From Girardia tigrina (Eukaryota), in assembly GCA_001938485.1 (NCBI GenBank), contig MQRK01238430.1, positions 44,608 through 96,249 of the forward strand: 51,642 nucleotides of DNA. Reading direction: 5' to 3'. Below are positions 51,412-51,642 of this stretch, piece by piece. Each line of letters begins with the position of its first letter. Position 1 is the stretch's first letter. The notes below the pieces were generated by a model. That model ran no database searches, had not been told where the DNA came from, and saw only the letters and a list, made by a program, of their open reading frames with translations. The position numbers were made by a program, and so were the translations under genes.

Positions 51412-51642
51412 ATGAATGATATGAAAATCGTTTTGGAGTTTTTAGAGAAATTTGATGGAAGCATCAATTTCGAGATTTGGCAGAAGAAATTTGAAATGAT
51501 CATGAAAATCCAGAAGATTACTGGATCCAGCCCCGTATCTCCCTTTTTTACTATCGGGGGTTGCACTGAACATCTATATGGAATCGGACGAGAAGACGCA
51601 AAGCAGCTGCGATCGGTTCTTCAAGATATTAAACAATTCGTT
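51412..51642 (+). mobile_element. LTR-retrotransposon gag N-terminus, running off the window
   Basis: MNDMKIVLEFLEKFDGSINFEIWQKKFEMIMKIQ shows the gag FDG..W..KFE pattern. Confidence 0.65.

Overview
AT-rich, repeat-laden animal genomic DNA. The TE repertoire and composition suggest a planarian-like flatworm, but this is inference only. The backbone is the 5' half of a minus-strand discs-large (DLG1-type MAGUK) gene. Five confidently spliced exons (34260-34516, 29711-29970, 13586-13688, 5188-5565, 1796-2078) join in frame via GT-AG introns of about 3-16 kb and encode the L27 C-terminal half, PDZ1, a long Ser-rich linker and PDZ2. Two tentative upstream exons (46969-47168, 37375-37409) may complete the N-terminus. 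The introns are filled with decayed mobile elements: Ty3/gypsy, Tc1, ITmD37E, rosa/DD41D, mariner, pogo, piggyBac, MULE, a Helitron-like element and Penelope elements with hammerhead-ribozyme motifs. The most notable signals are (1) a decayed negative-strand RNA virus L-polymerase-like insert (about 2950-4820) in the intron splitting PDZ2, with RdRp motifs in the expected order and spacing and a consensus cryptic exon; (2) an RT-less zinc-finger element ending in a multi-hairpin module, found at two loci; and (3) Penelope hammerhead motifs, including an inverted pair and a UUGAUGA-core variant. All calls come from manual reading; no database searches were run.
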